A stretch of DNA of 64,000 bases, taken from contig JBDRBM010000024.1 of the NCBI GenBank assembly GCA_043822665.1, forward strand, positions 2,056 through 66,055. Reading direction: 5' to 3'. The stretch is from Candidatus Omnitrophota bacterium (GTDB lineage: Bacteria > Omnitrophota > Gorgyraeia > Gorgyraeales > Gorgyraeaceae). The notes under the pieces are model-generated. The model searched no databases, was not told where the DNA came from, and saw nothing but the letters and a program-made list of their open reading frames with translations. This document shows, in pieces, positions 17,351 through 26,714 of this stretch. How positions within the stretch are numbered: position 1 is the first letter of the stretch; each line of letters starts with the position of its first letter. Both the position numbers and the translations under genes were made by a program.

Positions 17351-18199
17351 ATGAGAAACCCTTATAGGACACAGAGGATAGCGTTTTTCTTTTTATTTTT
17401 AGCGACCCTATTGATAGTGGTGCCGGTGGGTTTGATTATCGTAATTATTATTCAGAAGGGCCTGCCCGGCATAAGTTGGGAATTCCTTTCAGATATGCCG
17501 AGACAGGGCATGCGCGCGGGAGGGATATTCCCGGCAATAGTAGGGTCTATATATTTAGTGACAGGCGCTGTTGTATTTGCCCTACCCATAGGGCTCCTGG
17601 CAGCAATATATCTGAGTGAATACGCGAAAGAGAATTTTCTTACAAGGCTTATAAAGTTAGCTATCATTAATCTTTCAGGTGTGCCGTCGGTGGTCTACGG
17701 GCTTTTTGGTTTGGCTATTTTTGTGGTATTTTTCAAATTTGGCGCGTCAATACTTTCAGGTTCGCTTACGTTAAGCATTATGATACTCCCTATAATTATT
17801 ACTACTTCACGCGAAGCCCTGGAAAGTGTACCTTATTCATTCCGCGAGGTGAGCCTGTCTCTGGGCGCGAGTAAATGGCAGACAATAAGACATATTGTCC
17901 TACCCAATGCCATACCAGGCATATTGACAGGGACTATACTGGGCCTGGGTAGGGCTGCCGGCGAGACAGCGCCTATTTTGTTTACAGTGGCTGCTTTTTA
18001 CCTGCCGAAACTGCCGCATTCTATCTTTGATCAGGCAATGGCGCTCCCCTATCACCTATATGTTATTTCAACCCAGGTGCCGAATGTCGATGAAAAAATA
18101 AGGTACGGGACTGCTTTTGTGCTCCTGGCAATGGTTTTATTTATGAATCTCGTGGCAATCGTCATCCGTTATAAATTCAGAAAGAAGAAAAAATGGTGA
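17351..18199 (+). CDS. pstA: Phosphate ABC transporter permease PstA
   Basis: REALESVPYSFREVSLSLGASKWQTI, GRAAGETAP. Operon position. Confidence 0.9.
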   Translation: MRNPYRTQRIAFFFLFLATLLIVVPVGLIIVIIIQKGLPGISWEFLSDMPRQGMRAGGIFPAIVGSIYLVTGAVVFALPIGLLAAIYLSEYAKENFLTRLIKLAIINLSGVPSVVYGLFGLAIFVVFFKFGASILSGSLTLSIMILPIIITTSREALESVPYSFREVSLSLGASKWQTIRHIVLPNAIPGILTGTILGLGRAAGETAPILFTVAAFYLPKLPHSIFDQAMALPYHLYVISTQVPNVDEKIRYGTAFVLLAMVLFMNLVAIVIRYKFRKKKKW

Positions 18200-18939
18200 A
18201 ATTTGAGATAAAAAACCTGAATATCTGGTTTGGGCCTTTGCATGTATTGAAGGACGTAAATATAGATGTCCAGGCCAATGAGATACTAAGCGTGATCGGA
18301 CCCGCTAATAGCGGCAAGACAACTTTTTTAAGGATGTTGAACCGGATGAACGAGCTTGAACCGGATTTCAGAATGTCAGGAGAGGTAAATTTCGAAAAAG
18401 ATGATATCGGTAGGATGGATGTAGAATTATTGCGTCGGAAAGTGGGCATGGTATTTGCTTTGCCCCTGCCTCTCCCCCTGTCTATATTTGATAACGTGGC
18501 TTACGGGATGAGGATGCATGGCATAAAGAGCAAGAGTAAAGTAAAGGCTAAAGCAGAGGAAGCCTTGAGACAGGGATATTTATGGGATGAGGTAAAAGAT
18601 AGATTAAACGAATCAGCTTTTAAATTATCCGGCGGCCAACAGCAGCGTCTTTGTATCGCAAGGACGCTCGCGGTCGAACCGGACGTCATTTTATTTGACG
18701 AGCCATGTTCAGGGCTGGATCCTATTTCTACGGCAAAAGTAGAAGACGCAATGATAAAATTAAAACAGCAATATACCATTGTTTTGGTAACCAATAATGT
18801 AAAACAGGCAGCGAGGGTAGGGGACAGGACAGCCTTCTTTTTGAACGGAGAACTAATTGAGATGGATAAAACAGACAGGATATTTACCGCGCCGCGCGAT
18901 AAGCGGACAGACGGTTACATAAGAGGGAAATTTGGTTAA
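18193..18939 (+). CDS. pstB: Phosphate ABC transporter ATP-binding protein, divergent copy 1 (Q-loop and H-loop substituted)
   Basis: Walker A GPANSGKT, signature LSGGQQQRL and Walker B ILFDEP are intact. The Q-loop reads VGMVFALP (Q to A, codon 18457-18459). The H-loop reads LVTNN (H to N, codon 18793-18795). Confidence 0.85.
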   Translation: MVKFEIKNLNIWFGPLHVLKDVNIDVQANEILSVIGPANSGKTTFLRMLNRMNELEPDFRMSGEVNFEKDDIGRMDVELLRRKVGMVFALPLPLPLSIFDNVAYGMRMHGIKSKSKVKAKAEEALRQGYLWDEVKDRLNESAFKLSGGQQQRLCIARTLAVEPDVILFDEPCSGLDPISTAKVEDAMIKLKQQYTIVLVTNNVKQAARVGDRTAFFLNGELIEMDKTDRIFTAPRDKRTDGYIRGKFG

Positions 18940-19694
18940 TGGCAAAGATAGTCACTAAAAACTTAAATCTATGGTATGGAGATTTTCACGCCCTGAAGGA
19001 CATAAACTCTAATTTTGAAGCAAAGAGGATTACTGCTATAATAGGGCCTTCAGGGTGTGGTAAGTCGACATTGCTCAGGGTCTTTAACCGGATGAATGAT
19101 CTCATAGATGGCGTGCGTACCAGAGGTGAGGTTTCGCTCGAGGGAGCCAATATCTTAAATCCTCACACGGATCTCGTTAAGTTGCGCAGAAAAGTTGGCA
19201 TGGTTTTTCAAAGACCCAATCCATTCCCTTTATCCATTTATGAAAATATTGTATTCGGAGAAAAGATTCACGGGGATAATACAAAACGGGACAGATTGAA
19301 TGAGATTGCTGAAAAGAGCTTAAAGGGCGTTCTTTTGTGGGAGGAGTTAAAGGATAAGCTGAATCGCTCGGCTCTGTCATTATCGTTAGAGCAAAGACAG
19401 AGGCTCTGCATCGCAAGGCTTCTCGCTGTAACGCCTGATGTGTTATTGATGGATGAGCCTTGCTCTGCCTTAGATCCTCAGGCGACTGCCAGGATAGAAG
19501 AATTAATGCGTGAATTAAAAAATAATTATACTATAATAATAGTGACGCATAACATGCAGCAGGCTGCCCGTGTTTCAGATGATACGGGTTTTATGCTTCT
19601 GGGTGAATTGATAGAGTTCGGAAAGACGCAGGATATATTTACTGCGCCGACAGATAATCGTACGGAAGATTATATTACAGGAAGATATGGATAA
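18939..19694 (+). CDS. pstB: Phosphate ABC transporter ATP-binding protein, copy 2 (ABC signature degenerate)
   Basis: Walker [11 protein letters not shown]-loop VGMVFQRP, Walker B LLMDEP and H-loop IVTHNMQQA are canonical. The signature is LSLEQRQRL instead of LSGGQQQRL (19380-19394). Confidence 0.9.
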   Translation: MAKIVTKNLNLWYGDFHALKDINSNFEAKRITAIIGPSGCGKSTLLRVFNRMNDLIDGVRTRGEVSLEGANILNPHTDLVKLRRKVGMVFQRPNPFPLSIYENIVFGEKIHGDNTKRDRLNEIAEKSLKGVLLWEELKDKLNRSALSLSLEQRQRLCIARLLAVTPDVLLMDEPCSALDPQATARIEELMRELKNNYTIIIVTHNMQQAARVSDDTGFMLLGELIEFGKTQDIFTAPTDNRTEDYITGRYG

Positions 19695-19704
19695 GGGGGC
19701 TTAT

Positions 19705-20370
19705 ATGGAACGGCATTTTGATGAGGAGCTGAAAGATCTTAAAACGGATATTTTAAAGATGGGGGCATATGCGGAGGAGGCTATTTACAAATCCATTGAA
19801 GCGCTGAAGGATCGCGATAGAAAGCTCGCCAAAAGTGTTATTGAGAATGACACCGTTGTCGATAAGCTGGAACTTGCTATAGATGAAAAATGTATAGATC
19901 TCATGGCGCGGTACCAGCCTATGGCCAAAGACCTGCGCTTTATCACAACCGGCATGAAGATAAACGCTGAGTTGGAAAGGATAACTGACATAGCCGTGGA
20001 TATAGCACAGCGTACATTGGAAATCGTGGATAAACCACATCTTAAACCTCTGGTTGATACGCCAAAACTGACAGCCATTGCCCAGGACATGGTAAAAATG
20101 GCAATTGACTCATTTGTAAAAGGCGATATTGAACTGGCAAAAAAAGTCCTGTTATCTGACGCTGAAGCTGATGAGCTGCGTAATTTGATACAAAAGGAAC
20201 TCATAGAAGATTATATGATGAAAGATGGCTCTACTGCTCCGAGGGCAGTCCAGCTTTTATTAATAGCGCGCTTCCTTGAACGGATATGCGATCACGCGAC
20301 CAATATTGCCGAGGATGTGATATACATGGTCCGGGCCGAGGTCGTAAAACATCACCCTGAGAAGCTCTAA
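19705..20370 (+). CDS. phoU: Phosphate signalling regulator PhoU
   Basis: Two PhoU repeats (A.DLERI.D.A.NIAE-type: ELERITDIAVDIAQ and FLERICDHATNIAEDV). I prefer ATG 19705 (SD AAGGGGG) to the track start at 19687. Confidence 0.9.
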   Translation: MERHFDEELKDLKTDILKMGAYAEEAIYKSIEALKDRDRKLAKSVIENDTVVDKLELAIDEKCIDLMARYQPMAKDLRFITTGMKINAELERITDIAVDIAQRTLEIVDKPHLKPLVDTPKLTAIAQDMVKMAIDSFVKGDIELAKKVLLSDAEADELRNLIQKELIEDYMMKDGSTAPRAVQLLLIARFLERICDHATNIAEDVIYMVRAEVVKHHPEKL

Positions 20371-20382
20371 AGCTAATAGATC

Positions 20383-20823
20383 ATGCCAGAAAAGAAAAAG
20401 GTTTTGTTTTTGTGCACTCATAATTCCTGCAGGTCGCAGATAGCAGAGGGCCTCCTGCGTTCGCTGTACGGTGATAGATATGAATCCCACAGCGCCGGTA
20501 CCAAGCCTGCTAAGATCAACCCCTACAGCATTAAAGTAATGTCTGAGATAGGCATAGATATCTCGGCTTACAAATCAAAATCTCTTGAAGAATTCAAAGG
20601 TGTTAAATTAGATTATGTTATTACTGTATGTGACAACGCAAAAAAGGCGTGTCCTGTGTTCCCCGGAGCTGCTAAAAACATTCACTGGGATTTAACGGAC
20701 CCTTCTGAAAGGCGGGGCAGTGAAGAAAAGATGTTGAATGAATTCAGAAACATAAGAGACAAGATAAAGAATAATATTGTAAGGGTATTTGGTAATAAAA
20801 AAGGGGGTGTAATATGGCAGTAG
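20383..20823 (+). CDS. arsC: Arsenate reductase, thioredoxin-coupled LMW-PTP type
   Basis: [17 protein letters not shown] (CX5R P-loop) and the [17 protein letters not shown] Cys pair, as in the S. aureus / B. subtilis ArsC class. Confidence 0.85.
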   Translation: MPEKKKVLFLCTHNSCRSQIAEGLLRSLYGDRYESHSAGTKPAKINPYSIKVMSEIGIDISAYKSKSLEEFKGVKLDYVITVCDNAKKACPVFPGAAKNIHWDLTDPSERRGSEEKMLNEFRNIRDKIKNNIVRVFGNKKGGVIWQ

Positions 20824-20936
20824 AGAAGATAGGCGAGAAATACAGATGCAATGTCTGTGGCAATGAGGTTACAGTGACAAAGGTCGGAGGGGGAGAACTG
20901 GTCTGCTGCGGTCAGCCAATGGAAAAACTCTCTTAA
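20814..20936 (+). CDS. Desulforedoxin-like small metal-binding protein (40 aa, below the ORF-track cutoff)
   Basis: [40 protein letters not shown]. The C-x2-C ... CC pattern and GGG-LVCCG closely follow D. gigas desulforedoxin as I recall it. It overlaps the arsC stop by 10 nt. Its TAA lies inside the repeat at 20932. Confidence 0.7.
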   Translation: MAVEKIGEKYRCNVCGNEVTVTKVGGGELVCCGQPMEKLS

Positions 20937-21020
20937 CTTGATATAGTAGGAAATTCCTTTTTGTAGGCACACATTAGTAGGGGACCCTTAAGGGTCCCCT
21001 ACTAATGTGTGCCTATTAAG
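20932..21020. repeat. Composite family-C/B element between convergent genes (includes the 51-nt palindrome 20964-21014)
   Basis: CTTAACTTGATATAGTAGGAAATTCCTTTTTG, then TAGGCACACATTAGTAGGGGACCCTTAAGGGTCCCCTACTAATGTGTGCCTA, then TTAAG. Likely a bidirectional terminator. Confidence 0.9.
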
Positions 21021-23448
21021 GGGCTAATAGGATATTTATGATATTGGCTGATGGTTTTGACGCGAGGTCCAAGAATAGCCTTCTTCTTATCGGCATTTCA
21101 ACAACAGGTTTTCCATTGATTGAGATTTCTCTGACAGTGTATTTTCCGTAATCGAGTTTATGGGGATTAATAAAGTTAAGTTTTATTTTCCTTCCGGCAA
21201 ACTGTGTCTCCAGAGATATAGTATCTGATTTAGTAAATTGTTCCTTTACGAGTCTCGGATCTATTACAAGATCTCCCATGTCGCCTCGTATGCCAAAGAC
21301 CTGTGTCAATATTGTCAACACAAGCCAGCTTGCTGAACCTGTGAGGTAATGATACATACCCCTGCCGTCAGAGTTAAAATATTCAGGCAGGCCGGGATAG
21401 ATCTTGCTTATTTTTGTATTCATGCACATATTATAGATAGAATCCAGGACTTCGTAGCCTTCCCTGACCAGGCCCCTTTTATAAAGGGCATTTGCGAACA
21501 TTACATTCATGTGGCTGAAGAATCCGCCATTCTCTTTTTCCCCGTACGCAAAACTGAATGCCCTTCCAAGTTCAGGATATAGCTCTTTAAAATCAGTGTT
21601 TAGTCTAAAACCGCGCAGATTTTTATCCCAAAGGTATTTTCTGGCGCTCCTATATGCTTCCCTGGCCTGTTCTTCAGTAGCTACGCCGCTCATGATAGGA
21701 AAGACCTGGCCTGTCAAGGTCATGCGCACGCCGTTTTTATGGTCACCCTCGACGCGTCCGCCGTTATTATCGTAATAGCCGTTAAAAAAACTGTAACCGG
21801 ATTTTACTTTGATCCACTCTTTTTCTCGTATACGCCGTGTTATGCTATGAGCTTTATTGAGAAGCTCTTTTACTACATCTTTTTTGTAGTTTATTTTTTC
21901 AAGCAATTCAGCCAGTTCTGTTAAATTGCCGGCATATGCCGCGGTAAAGGCTACGCTCTCGCCTTTTTCCTTTGCCATATCCAGGCCGTCATTCCAGTCA
22001 CCTTCTTCCAAAAGGAAATTACCATGCGTACCTCTTTTAATGAAAGGTCTTTTATGTTCAAGTAATATATGATCGAGGACTGTGCCTGTTTTTCCTGATT
22101 CAAAATACGGGGCCTTTTCGAAAAGTATATCAGAATCCCCAGTTTGATTTATATATAAGTTAACAGTCTTAAATGGCCATACGCCGTGGTCCATCCATAC
22201 ACGGGATATGTTATTTCTGTCAGGTATAAATTCCCCGGGATTTTTGCCTATTATCGTGGCGTTGGACCCGTCAGACCTTACGCCTCCAAAATTATTTACG
22301 AGGACTCCTTTTGCCTCCTGGGGATTTATCATTAAAAGCGTCAATAAATCCTGCCAGAGATCCCGCCATCCTCGTCCGCCGCGGCCGTAATCAAAATCGG
22401 GAAGAAAAGAACACCCGAATATTTTTCGCAATGTCGGTTGAAGAGTCACCCACCTCATCCACCTGTCAAAATCTTTGCCATAAGTAGAAAATGTTAGTGT
22501 ATTTATTTTTTCAGCCCAGAATTTTTTGTTAAGGGCAAGGGCTGTCTGTATCTTTTTCTGTGAATTAAAACGACTGAAAATTCTCAGGGGACTTTCTTTT
22601 TTTGTTATGCCCATTAACACTGAATATTTTACGGATTTACATGGCCGAAGCTTTACAGTTTTAAATCTCAGCGCGCCTATGGTTTCCTTGCCCTCTCTTG
22701 TGAATCCCGGAGTCTTTCCTGGCCGTATATCTTTCAATACAGATTCCGGTTTATCGAGGTTTCCGCCTTCGCCCGAATATTCCAGAAGCGTTGGAAAAGA
22801 GCCTAAAGGCGGCCTGCCCATGTTGTCATAGCCCAGCACAAAATAGGATGTCGAGTTTATCTTATGGCCTCGCTCGTCAAAGCTCATGGTAGGAATTACT
22901 ATGACCCCGTATTTATTGAGTTTTATCCGGTTAAGGAGAGAGCTTACATGCCTGTGGTCGCGTAAACGGTCAGCAGAACGGCCGTATATGGGTATTGCGG
23001 CAGTAGGCGTAATCGTTAACGCCTTACCAGAGATATTGGTTAACTCCACTGTCATTATTTCAACTGGTTCGTTTGTAACAGGAACAAAATTTGTGAACTC
23101 CGCTTTCAGCCCTATTTTTTTATTGACGCGTATTGATTTATGCCAGAGCATGCCTGCCTCTACGAGGGATTCATCTGCTTCGCCCGAGGCTGCTGACCAC
23201 GCGGTCTTACCGGTTATATATAACCAGAAGTTTCTGTTGTATCTTGAATCATGCAGGTCTTCGGTAGAGGCTGGTATGGTCAAAAACGTATGCTGGTCTA
23301 TCTTTATATCCCCGTGCAGCGTGGGGCTGATAGAGGAGAGGATGCCTTTTTCGTTTGCAAGCGGAAAACTTAACCGGCTCAGTTTATGCGGGTTTTTAGC
23401 GACAAATGTCCCGGTGTCGTCTAAAAATTTCCAGAGAGTATTAGTCAT
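21016..23448 (-). CDS. GH94-like glycoside phosphorylase (cellobiose/chitobiose-phosphorylase-like, COG3459)
   Basis: 810 aa. EEGDWNDGLDM (the catalytic-Asp DWND context of GH94) and an (alpha/alpha)6-like C-terminal half. Substrate unknown. Confidence 0.6.
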   Translation of the reverse strand: MTNTLWKFLDDTGTFVAKNPHKLSRLSFPLANEKGILSSISPTLHGDIKIDQHTFLTIPASTEDLHDSRYNRNFWLYITGKTAWSAASGEADESLVEAGMLWHKSIRVNKKIGLKAEFTNFVPVTNEPVEIMTVELTNISGKALTITPTAAIPIYGRSADRLRDHRHVSSLLNRIKLNKYGVIVIPTMSFDERGHKINSTSYFVLGYDNMGRPPLGSFPTLLEYSGEGGNLDKPESVLKDIRPGKTPGFTREGKETIGALRFKTVKLRPCKSVKYSVLMGITKKESPLRIFSRFNSQKKIQTALALNKKFWAEKINTLTFSTYGKDFDRWMRWVTLQPTLRKIFGCSFLPDFDYGRGGRGWRDLWQDLLTLLMINPQEAKGVLVNNFGGVRSDGSNATIIGKNPGEFIPDRNNISRVWMDHGVWPFKTVNLYINQTGDSDILFEKAPYFESGKTGTVLDHILLEHKRPFIKRGTHGNFLLEEGDWNDGLDMAKEKGESVAFTAAYAGNLTELAELLEKINYKKDVVKELLNKAHSITRRIREKEWIKVKSGYSFFNGYYDNNGGRVEGDHKNGVRMTLTGQVFPIMSGVATEEQAREAYRSARKYLWDKNLRGFRLNTDFKELYPELGRAFSFAYGEKENGGFFSHMNVMFANALYKRGLVREGYEVLDSIYNMCMNTKISKIYPGLPEYFNSDGRGMYHYLTGSASWLVLTILTQVFGIRGDMGDLVIDPRLVKEQFTKSDTISLETQFAGRKIKLNFINPHKLDYGKYTVREISINGKPVVEMPIRRRLFLDLASKPSANIINILLAP

Positions 23449-23452
23449 AGGT

Positions 23453-23947
23453 TCACCATTTCTCCCAATGAAGAACTTCTTTCAAGGGTCTTTTTGCCTT
23501 TGCCCCCTGCGGTTTTTTAGGATAACCCACAGCTATCATGCTCACTAATCTGTATCCTTGCGGGGCGTTGAAAATATTTCTGACAGTCTCGGCATAGTCT
23601 TTTTTATCGCCAGCCACCCAGCAACCTCCAAGGTCAAGCGCCTCAATGGCAAGAAGCATATTTTCAGTAGCCGCGGAGCAATCTTCCAGGTAATATTTCG
23701 TATCCCTGGAAAATACAGCCAATAGGTGCGAGGCGTCTTTGATAAAGGGCCCGTTCGGGCATATATCGCAGATTTTTTTCATAATGTCACTATCAGAGGT
23801 TGCTGTAAATTCCCAAGGCTGCTCATTTCTGGCAGTTGCTGCCACGCGGCCCGCGTCTATTATCTTCTCGATAATCGCATTATCGATTTTTTTATCAGAA
23901 TATTCCCTGACACTTTTTCTATGTTTTATTACGTCAAAAAATTCCAT
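23453..23947 (-). CDS. Nitroreductase-family flavoprotein
   Basis: EFFDVIKHRKSVREY, ARNEQPWEF. 164 aa. Confidence 0.8.
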   Translation of the reverse strand: MEFFDVIKHRKSVREYSDKKIDNAIIEKIIDAGRVAATARNEQPWEFTATSDSDIMKKICDICPNGPFIKDASHLLAVFSRDTKYYLEDCSAATENMLLAIEALDLGGCWVAGDKKDYAETVRNIFNAPQGYRLVSMIAVGYPKKPQGAKAKRPLKEVLHWEKW

Positions 23948-23959
23948 TGGCGCCCTCCG

Positions 23960-25231
23960 TTAATTGTGTTTATTCAAATTTGCTGTCATACGCCGTATCT
24001 TCTGTATATCCTCGTTGTATTCTGGTTTCAGGAGTTCCGGGAATATGGTCTTATTGTGCCATAAAGGGTCTATGTCTTTTTTCAGGATATTGTTTTTCAC
24101 CAGCATCTTATAATCTTTTGTGCCAGGTATGGGTGAATAGGAGGCGAGCATTGCCTTTGCGCCCAAGGAATTTACAAACAGGATATCCTTAAGGGTTTTC
24201 TCCGTATCGAGCCACATGGCGCCTATCAATATGTATACTCCAAGGTCCTGCTTGCTAAAGCCAGCTTCTTTAAGATTCCTCAGAGCCATTTTTAACTCAT
24301 TATTAGTTACTTTGCCTCCCGTGAATTCCTGCAGGTCCGCGTCTGATGTTTCGAGCGAAAGCCTGAGATCCCTGAAATTTGATTTTTTCAGCAGCTCCGC
24401 AAGCTCTTCGTCTATATATTTAGCATGCAGCCCGTTCGGCGTATGAAAGGTAAAATGCGCTCCAGAAGCGATCACCATTCTTAGAAATTTCTTTAACCCT
24501 TTTGCGCTGCAATAGGTTAGCGCGTCATCGTAGAATACAAAACTTCTCGTGCCGAAAACCTTTTCATAATACATGATTTCTTCGAACAGGCTGACAGGGT
24601 CTTTCATGGCAAAACCCGGGTTTAATATCCTGGATGCGCAATAACTGCACCTGAAAGGGCAGCCTCTTGTAAGCTGTATAGGGAGCATATCCTTATTTTT
24701 CAACAAATCATACGCAGGATAAAAACCATTTTCCAAAAAATAACTTTTCTTGGTATAGTTACCCTGCCACACGATATTGGCGCCGCTGGTGGCGCACGCG
24801 TGGGCATGGCAGAGTGTCGCGTATATTCCACCGAGTAATATAGGGGTGTCTTTGAAATGTTCCCTCAATAATTTTATTGCTGACCTGACCCCAGGATACC
24901 AATATGTCATACCAGAGGTCACAAGGATCTGGTGGACATCGCGTATTTCTTTTATCCTTGAAGTAAATTCCGTAACAGGGATGCCATATTTGAAATAAGG
25001 CCTGCCGATATTTTTTAATACGGCCGGTTTTTCTGTTTTTTCTTTTCTTATCTTTGAGAACCCGAATTCATCCCTGCTTCTTGAACAGCCGTCAATACAG
25101 TCCATAAGATAGACATTATGGCCATGCCTGCGCAGAAGTTCAGCAATGCGCAGGAGTCCGACAGGTTTTATGCCGAAGTCATGCGCCGCGAAATCATATA
25201 TCCACGGGTTGACCAGTAAGATATTTTTCAT
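23960..25231 (-). CDS. B12-binding-domain radical SAM protein
   Basis: N-terminal Rossmann-like B12-binding region. CxxxCxxC cluster in TRGCPFRCSYCAS. Confidence 0.75.
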   Translation of the reverse strand: MKNILLVNPWIYDFAAHDFGIKPVGLLRIAELLRRHGHNVYLMDCIDGCSRSRDEFGFSKIRKEKTEKPAVLKNIGRPYFKYGIPVTEFTSRIKEIRDVHQILVTSGMTYWYPGVRSAIKLLREHFKDTPILLGGIYATLCHAHACATSGANIVWQGNYTKKSYFLENGFYPAYDLLKNKDMLPIQLTRGCPFRCSYCASRILNPGFAMKDPVSLFEEIMYYEKVFGTRSFVFYDDALTYCSAKGLKKFLRMVIASGAHFTFHTPNGLHAKYIDEELAELLKKSNFRDLRLSLETSDADLQEFTGGKVTNNELKMALRNLKEAGFSKQDLGVYILIGAMWLDTEKTLKDILFVNSLGAKAMLASYSPIPGTKDYKMLVKNNILKKDIDPLWHNKTIFPELLKPEYNEDIQKIRRMTANLNKHN

Positions 25232-25797
25232 TAAAATTCCACTTTTGGCACTTCTTTTGCGCCTTCCGAAACTTCAAAATATATCCTGGGCTCGTTCAGG
25301 CCGCGAAGGTTGCAGAATAATCCACCAATGATAGTGCGGCGATATGAATTAAATATTTTTATGGCATCATTGTAGCGCATTCTTTCAACAGCGATTCTAT
25401 TTTCAGTGCCTTCCAATTGCGCTTGCAGGCTTAAGAAATTCTGATTTGCCTTTAAGTCCGGGTAATTCTCGGCAACAAGCAGGAGCCGCGACAAGGCGTT
25501 TGTCATCTGGTTGGCTGTTTCGATCTTTTGCTCTGTAGATGCCGCGCGTCCCCATTGGCTCCTGAGCTCTGTTATCTTTTCAAAGGTAGCTCTTTCATGC
25601 TCCATGTAACCCTTTACAGTGCTTACAAGGTTAGGTATCAGGTCATTTCTCCTCTGGAGCTGGTTTTCCACCTGGGCCCATGCGCTGTTCACCTGTTCAT
25701 CCAAAAGCACAGGCGTATTAAGACCCTTTATAAACCAGCCGCCGAATACAACCACTACACCTAGTATAACCAGTAAGACAATCCATATCCTTTTCAT
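25231..25797 (-). CDS. lemA: LemA family protein
   Basis: N-terminal TM segment, NQLQRRNDLIPNLV, AENYPDLKAN and NRIAVERMRYN motifs. Confidence 0.9.
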   Translation of the reverse strand: MKRIWIVLLVILGVVVVFGGWFIKGLNTPVLLDEQVNSAWAQVENQLQRRNDLIPNLVSTVKGYMEHERATFEKITELRSQWGRAASTEQKIETANQMTNALSRLLLVAENYPDLKANQNFLSLQAQLEGTENRIAVERMRYNDAIKIFNSYRRTIIGGLFCNLRGLNEPRIYFEVSEGAKEVPKVEF

Positions 25798-25815
25798 ATT
25801 TATTCCCCCTCATTT

Positions 25816-25915
25816 AATGACAAATGTCAAAGCACAAATCCAAATAGCAAAACTAAATGTTTTGAAATTTGAATTTTGGATTTATTTTGTGCTTTGAATT
25901 TTGTCATTTGTCATT
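25816..25915. repeat. AT-rich imperfect inverted repeat between the TPM and lemA genes
   Basis: The left arm AATGACAAATGTCAAAGCACAAATCCAAA (25816-25844) pairs with TTTGGATTTATTTTGTGCTTTGAATTTTGTCATTTGTCATT (25875-25915). It contains TGTCATT twice and the AAATCCA heptamer also arrayed in pyrK. Confidence 0.7.
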
Positions 25916-25922
25916 TTAAATT

Positions 25923-26714
25923 CTACCAGCTTCCCGATGCTCCGCCGCCTCCTGACATACCTCCGCCAAAACCGCCAAACCCTCCGCCAAAGCCTCCTGA
26001 ATTTCCCCTGTATCCTCCGCCATACCAGTAGCCCCCGCGCCTCCTGTAAGAACCCGGTATAAATAAGTACCACCAAAAAAATCCCATCCGCAGGCTGACA
26101 AAAAGTATTATAATAAAAAGCGTAAACAGGAAATTTAAAAGCAATTCTAATGGTGTCGGCTCTTTAGGCAGAGGCACGTTAATCGGCAATTTATCCAGTT
26201 CACTCAACTCTATATTATATTCCTTGGCAACTAATTTGGCAATGCCTACAGTACCTTTTATAACACCTGTATTAAAATCACCTTTTTTAAAAGAGGGGGT
26301 TATATAATCTTCTATTACTATCTTCGCGAGCGCGTCAGGTATCGCGCCTTCAAGGCCATAACCTACCTCTATGCGTATGGCCTTGTCTTTTATCGCGATA
26401 AGGAGAAGGACGCCGTTATCTTTTCCTTTCTGGCCGATGCCCCATTTTTCAAAAAGCTTCACGGCATACGTTTCTATATCAAGAGGCCTTGTTGTGTCGA
26501 TTGTTAGTATGGCTACTTGAGCAGTTGTCTTTTGCTCGAGTTCATTTATGAGAGTCGATAACCTTGCTTTAGTATCATAGGAGAGTATATTAGCATAGTC
26601 GTTTACGTAGCCGGTATAATCCGGAAAATTTTCCGCGCCAGAGACTTCCGGCCGGGAAAACAGGATAAGCAATGCGGTGATAAAGATGCTAAAACAAAGC
26701 GATTTATCCTTCAT
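25923..26714 (-). CDS. TPM-domain (YgcG-like) membrane protein with a Gly-rich tail
   Basis: Signal/TM segment, YVNDYANILS...QVAILTI (TPM domain), TM segment, C-terminal GGYWYGGGYRGNSGGFGGGFGGFGGG. A typical LemA partner. Confidence 0.8.
   Translation of the reverse strand: MKDKSLCFSIFITALLILFSRPEVSGAENFPDYTGYVNDYANILSYDTKARLSTLINELEQKTTAQVAILTIDTTRPLDIETYAVKLFEKWGIGQKGKDNGVLLLIAIKDKAIRIEVGYGLEGAIPDALAKIVIEDYITPSFKKGDFNTGVIKGTVGIAKLVAKEYNIELSELDKLPINVPLPKEPTPLELLLNFLFTLFIIILFVSLRMGFFWWYLFIPGSYRRRGGYWYGGGYRGNSGGFGGGFGGFGGGMSGGGGASGSW

Noticed and set aside
25923-26080. Gly-rich repetitive DNA at the 3' end of the TPM gene, and the overlapping ORFs 25882..26076 and 25916..26101
   Set aside because: GGYxGGG tails are typical of YgcG/TPM proteins. 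The overlapping ORFs are alternative frames of the same low-complexity sequence.
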